The notes below the pieces were generated by a model, which worked only from the letters and a program-made list of their open reading frames with translations, did not search any database and was not told the DNA's origin. This document shows positions 62,301 to 64,000 of a stretch of 64,000 nucleotides of DNA, piece by piece (positions within the stretch are counted from its first letter, which is position 1; each line of letters starts with the position of its first letter). This DNA comes from Phoronis australis (Eukaryota > Animalia > Phoronida). Made by a program: the position numbers and the translations under genes. The stretch lies in assembly GCA_002633005.1 (NCBI GenBank), contig NMRA01000040.1, positions 575,362 through 639,361 on the forward strand, read 5' to 3'.

Positions 62301-63735
62301 TTTCTCTGACATTTTAGTTGCTGTATAAAACAAGCAAAACAAATGTAAATTTGTTGTCAACTTTCAATCTTTCGACTAGCTCTTGATGATCATGGAGACC
62401 AGGTTCAAGGATTCACATGGAAACAAGATGGCTGCCTAACCGCAACCACATGCAAGGATAAGAAGATCAGACTGTTTGATCCCAGGGCTGCACAGCCAAA
62501 AATTCAGGTAATATGGATGTCTTTACCAATTGTCCTCAATAGCATAACAAGTTAATGGTCATATCGGGAAGTCTAACTGTGCATGACTGATTACCTGCCT
62601 TCCGTTGTTTATGACCCCAAGTCTACTTGCCCTTTATTTGTTATTTGCCCCAAACAACATTGATGTGACCAAATGTACTCTGGCTACCCCATGGGCGAAA
62701 GTAGTTCCAACTGGGTTTCAAGCAAGTGTTGGAATCTTGGAAGATAATTGATCCTTGTGTTGAAGTCACAGAAAATAGGCAACGTGGACCACTGAATCAA
62801 TAGTGAAGAAAGATCTTATCAGATTTGCAGCACTGCTATTGTCTGGAATGTCCACTGAACAAGAGGAAGTTGTCGTAAAGTCACTGGTGGATCTGAGATA
62901 TCACAAGGGTTCTTTATGTTTTTCACTGTGAAATTCATTGGAGACAAAATGAATGTGATCCATTTGATGAGTGCCAGTTTCTTCAAGTGGACTCGGCTTT
63001 AAGTAAAAAAGTTTAATGGTTCATTTTAGTAATGTACTGACAGAAGAGGAATTTAAAATTAAAACAATCTATTTTCTCTTGGAATGGGATTTAGAAACTA
63101 AATTGATTTGTCATTGAACATGATAATTTGAAAATTAACTTGAGTTTCATCAATGAATTTACCTTCATTTTCTCTACACCCCACCTATTGGTATCATTCT
63201 ATGACTAATGAATTTCACACTAATCTAATTTTGTTGATTGAAATAAATAATCATAAATGCTGCTTCAGTGACTTTATGTATTTTTCTTTCCAGGAGGGAG
63301 ATGGCCATGCCAATTTTAAAGACTCCAGGGTCACATGGCTTGGTACATCAGACATGTTACTTTCAACAGGCTTCACCCAGGTGAGTTAAAAGTTTTTCTT
63401 TGTTGTAATTCAGCAAATGCTGCAACAGATAATTGTATAAAAATTGAGAATGTTGACCGGAACTCTTTTGTGTAGCGAGAGCATAAAAGGGTCCTAACTG
63501 TAGGTGGCGCTGCAGGTTTCTGCGTGACACAGCCTACTTCAATGAGTTTTATTGCAAAATAAGTGTTGATTGGTTCCTCCTTTTATCTTCTCAGTTTGTT
63601 CATCCAGTAACATTAGAATCGGACTGATTCAATGACAATTTATGTCCTTCAGAGTCGATCTAGAGAAGTTCGTATCTGGGACTCCAAAAACTTTGGTTCG
63701 TCGTTATCCATTAAAGATATTGATTCTGGAACTAG
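47312..63735 (+). CDS. CORO7: Coronin-7 (POD-1 type tandem coronin), 3'-partial: join(47312..47371,53779..53869,58132..58209,60416..60486,61579..61762,62380..62507,63294..63380,63653..63735...)
   Basis: Eight GT-AG exons with consistent phases encode MWKFKTTKYKNSAPKIPKKE-EWITNLPIG...GNHIGASCTFMAFNT-GAGCLGILPI...LYGHS-DFLSDFQFCPVNDGLLATGSFDCT-VKIWSL...VENVVWNP..GILAV-..HGDQVQGFTWKQDG..TATTCKDKKIRLFDPR-..HANFKDSRVTWLG..LLSTGFTQ-SRSREVRIWD. These are coronin WD40 motifs, and the NHI.ASC..AFN and KDSR..W segments are of the coronin-7 type. Confidence 0.9.
47479..47637. repeat. Foldback element with ~42-bp arms at the start of the CORO7 first coding intron
   Basis: gttattgtttacaatccgactctattaacatacatacttgat pairs with atcgagtatgtacgtcaatggagtcagattgtaaacaataac; the arms differ only by transitions. 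Confidence 0.75.
53320..53667 (-). mobile_element. Short degenerate copy of the 5-bp-TSD family (TSD TGTTA)
   Basis: tgtta|CATAGGCAGATTTGGGG..cttggctgctgcaaaaaaataaaacagtaagagc ... tatcctagatttgccaact|tgtta. Confidence 0.75.
54980..55477. mobile_element. PIF/Harbinger-like MITE; partial relative at ~52250..52505
   Basis: taa|GGCCCTTTCATA ... TATGAAAGACCC|ttta, with TWA-like flanks. It contains internal direct and inverted ggaccggagt.aagcgttcatactg repeats. The block gttgacgataacagtggc..gcgataacttcgat is shared with 52341..52378. Confidence 0.6.
56273..56415 (+). mobile_element. tRNA-derived SINE-like element
   Basis: A-box-like tggctcagtt, degenerate B-box gggtccagtcc, then the body shared with 45075..45180. 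Confidence 0.55.
59170..60290 (+). repeat. Degenerate relative of the HINE-like array at 27309..28583, in opposite orientation
   Basis: Recurring ctagtggca.ttttag and atgaaatt motifs at ~140-150-bp spacing. Boundaries are approximate. Confidence 0.5.
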
Positions 63736-64000
63736 GTAAGTCATCGGAGTTTGGGTGTACTCATGATGTTGTAAACACTGGCATAGTTGATTTAAGTTTC
63801 TGGATTTATCGGTCGATACGTACCATTCCTCTGGTCTTTTAAAACCAAGAAATTTCCAACATCAAGATCTGATCTAGAATCGCATTTGATCAAACATGAC
63901 ATACAAGCCTATTGTGTTGGTACACAGTGCTGTGGTAGTAAGCGGGTCAGAGATTACAGTCGCACAAAGGAATCGGCAATTGAAAGTTAAATCTGATTTC

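Noticed and set aside
62882-62909. cactggtggatctgagatatcacaaggg resembling the 5-bp-TSD family terminus
   Set aside because: Only ~28 bp, with no second end or TSD; too little to call an element.

Overview
AT-rich, intron-rich animal genomic DNA. It is probably a marine invertebrate, possibly a non-vertebrate deuterostome; this is an inference from gene structure and repeats, and the species cannot be determined here. It comes from a draft assembly with a 441-N gap. Four spliced protein-coding genes can be reconstructed by hand with GT-AG sites and consistent intron phases: (1) the 3' part of a MICU2/MICU3-type mitochondrial calcium-uptake EF-hand gene (+); (2) a two-exon CHST/HNK-1ST-family carbohydrate sulfotransferase (+); (3) a complete DNAJA3/Tid1 gene (-) with two alternative C-terminal exons; (4) the 5' part of coronin-7 (+), head-to-head with DNAJA3 as in human. 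The last MICU exon and 3' UTR occur twice, once on each side of the gap. These are probably two haplotypes, with an empty versus filled piggyBac-type TTAA site. Introns and intergenic DNA contain many non-autonomous DNA transposons. They include a three-layer nest in the sulfotransferase intron, a family with 5-bp TSDs that carries a tRNA-like Pol III unit, and a Helentron/HINE-like element with a ~145-bp-periodic array of CTCF-like motifs. No prokaryotic-type system (operon, CRISPR) is present, and most ORFs in the supplied track are spurious. All homology calls are from recognition by eye, not database searches.
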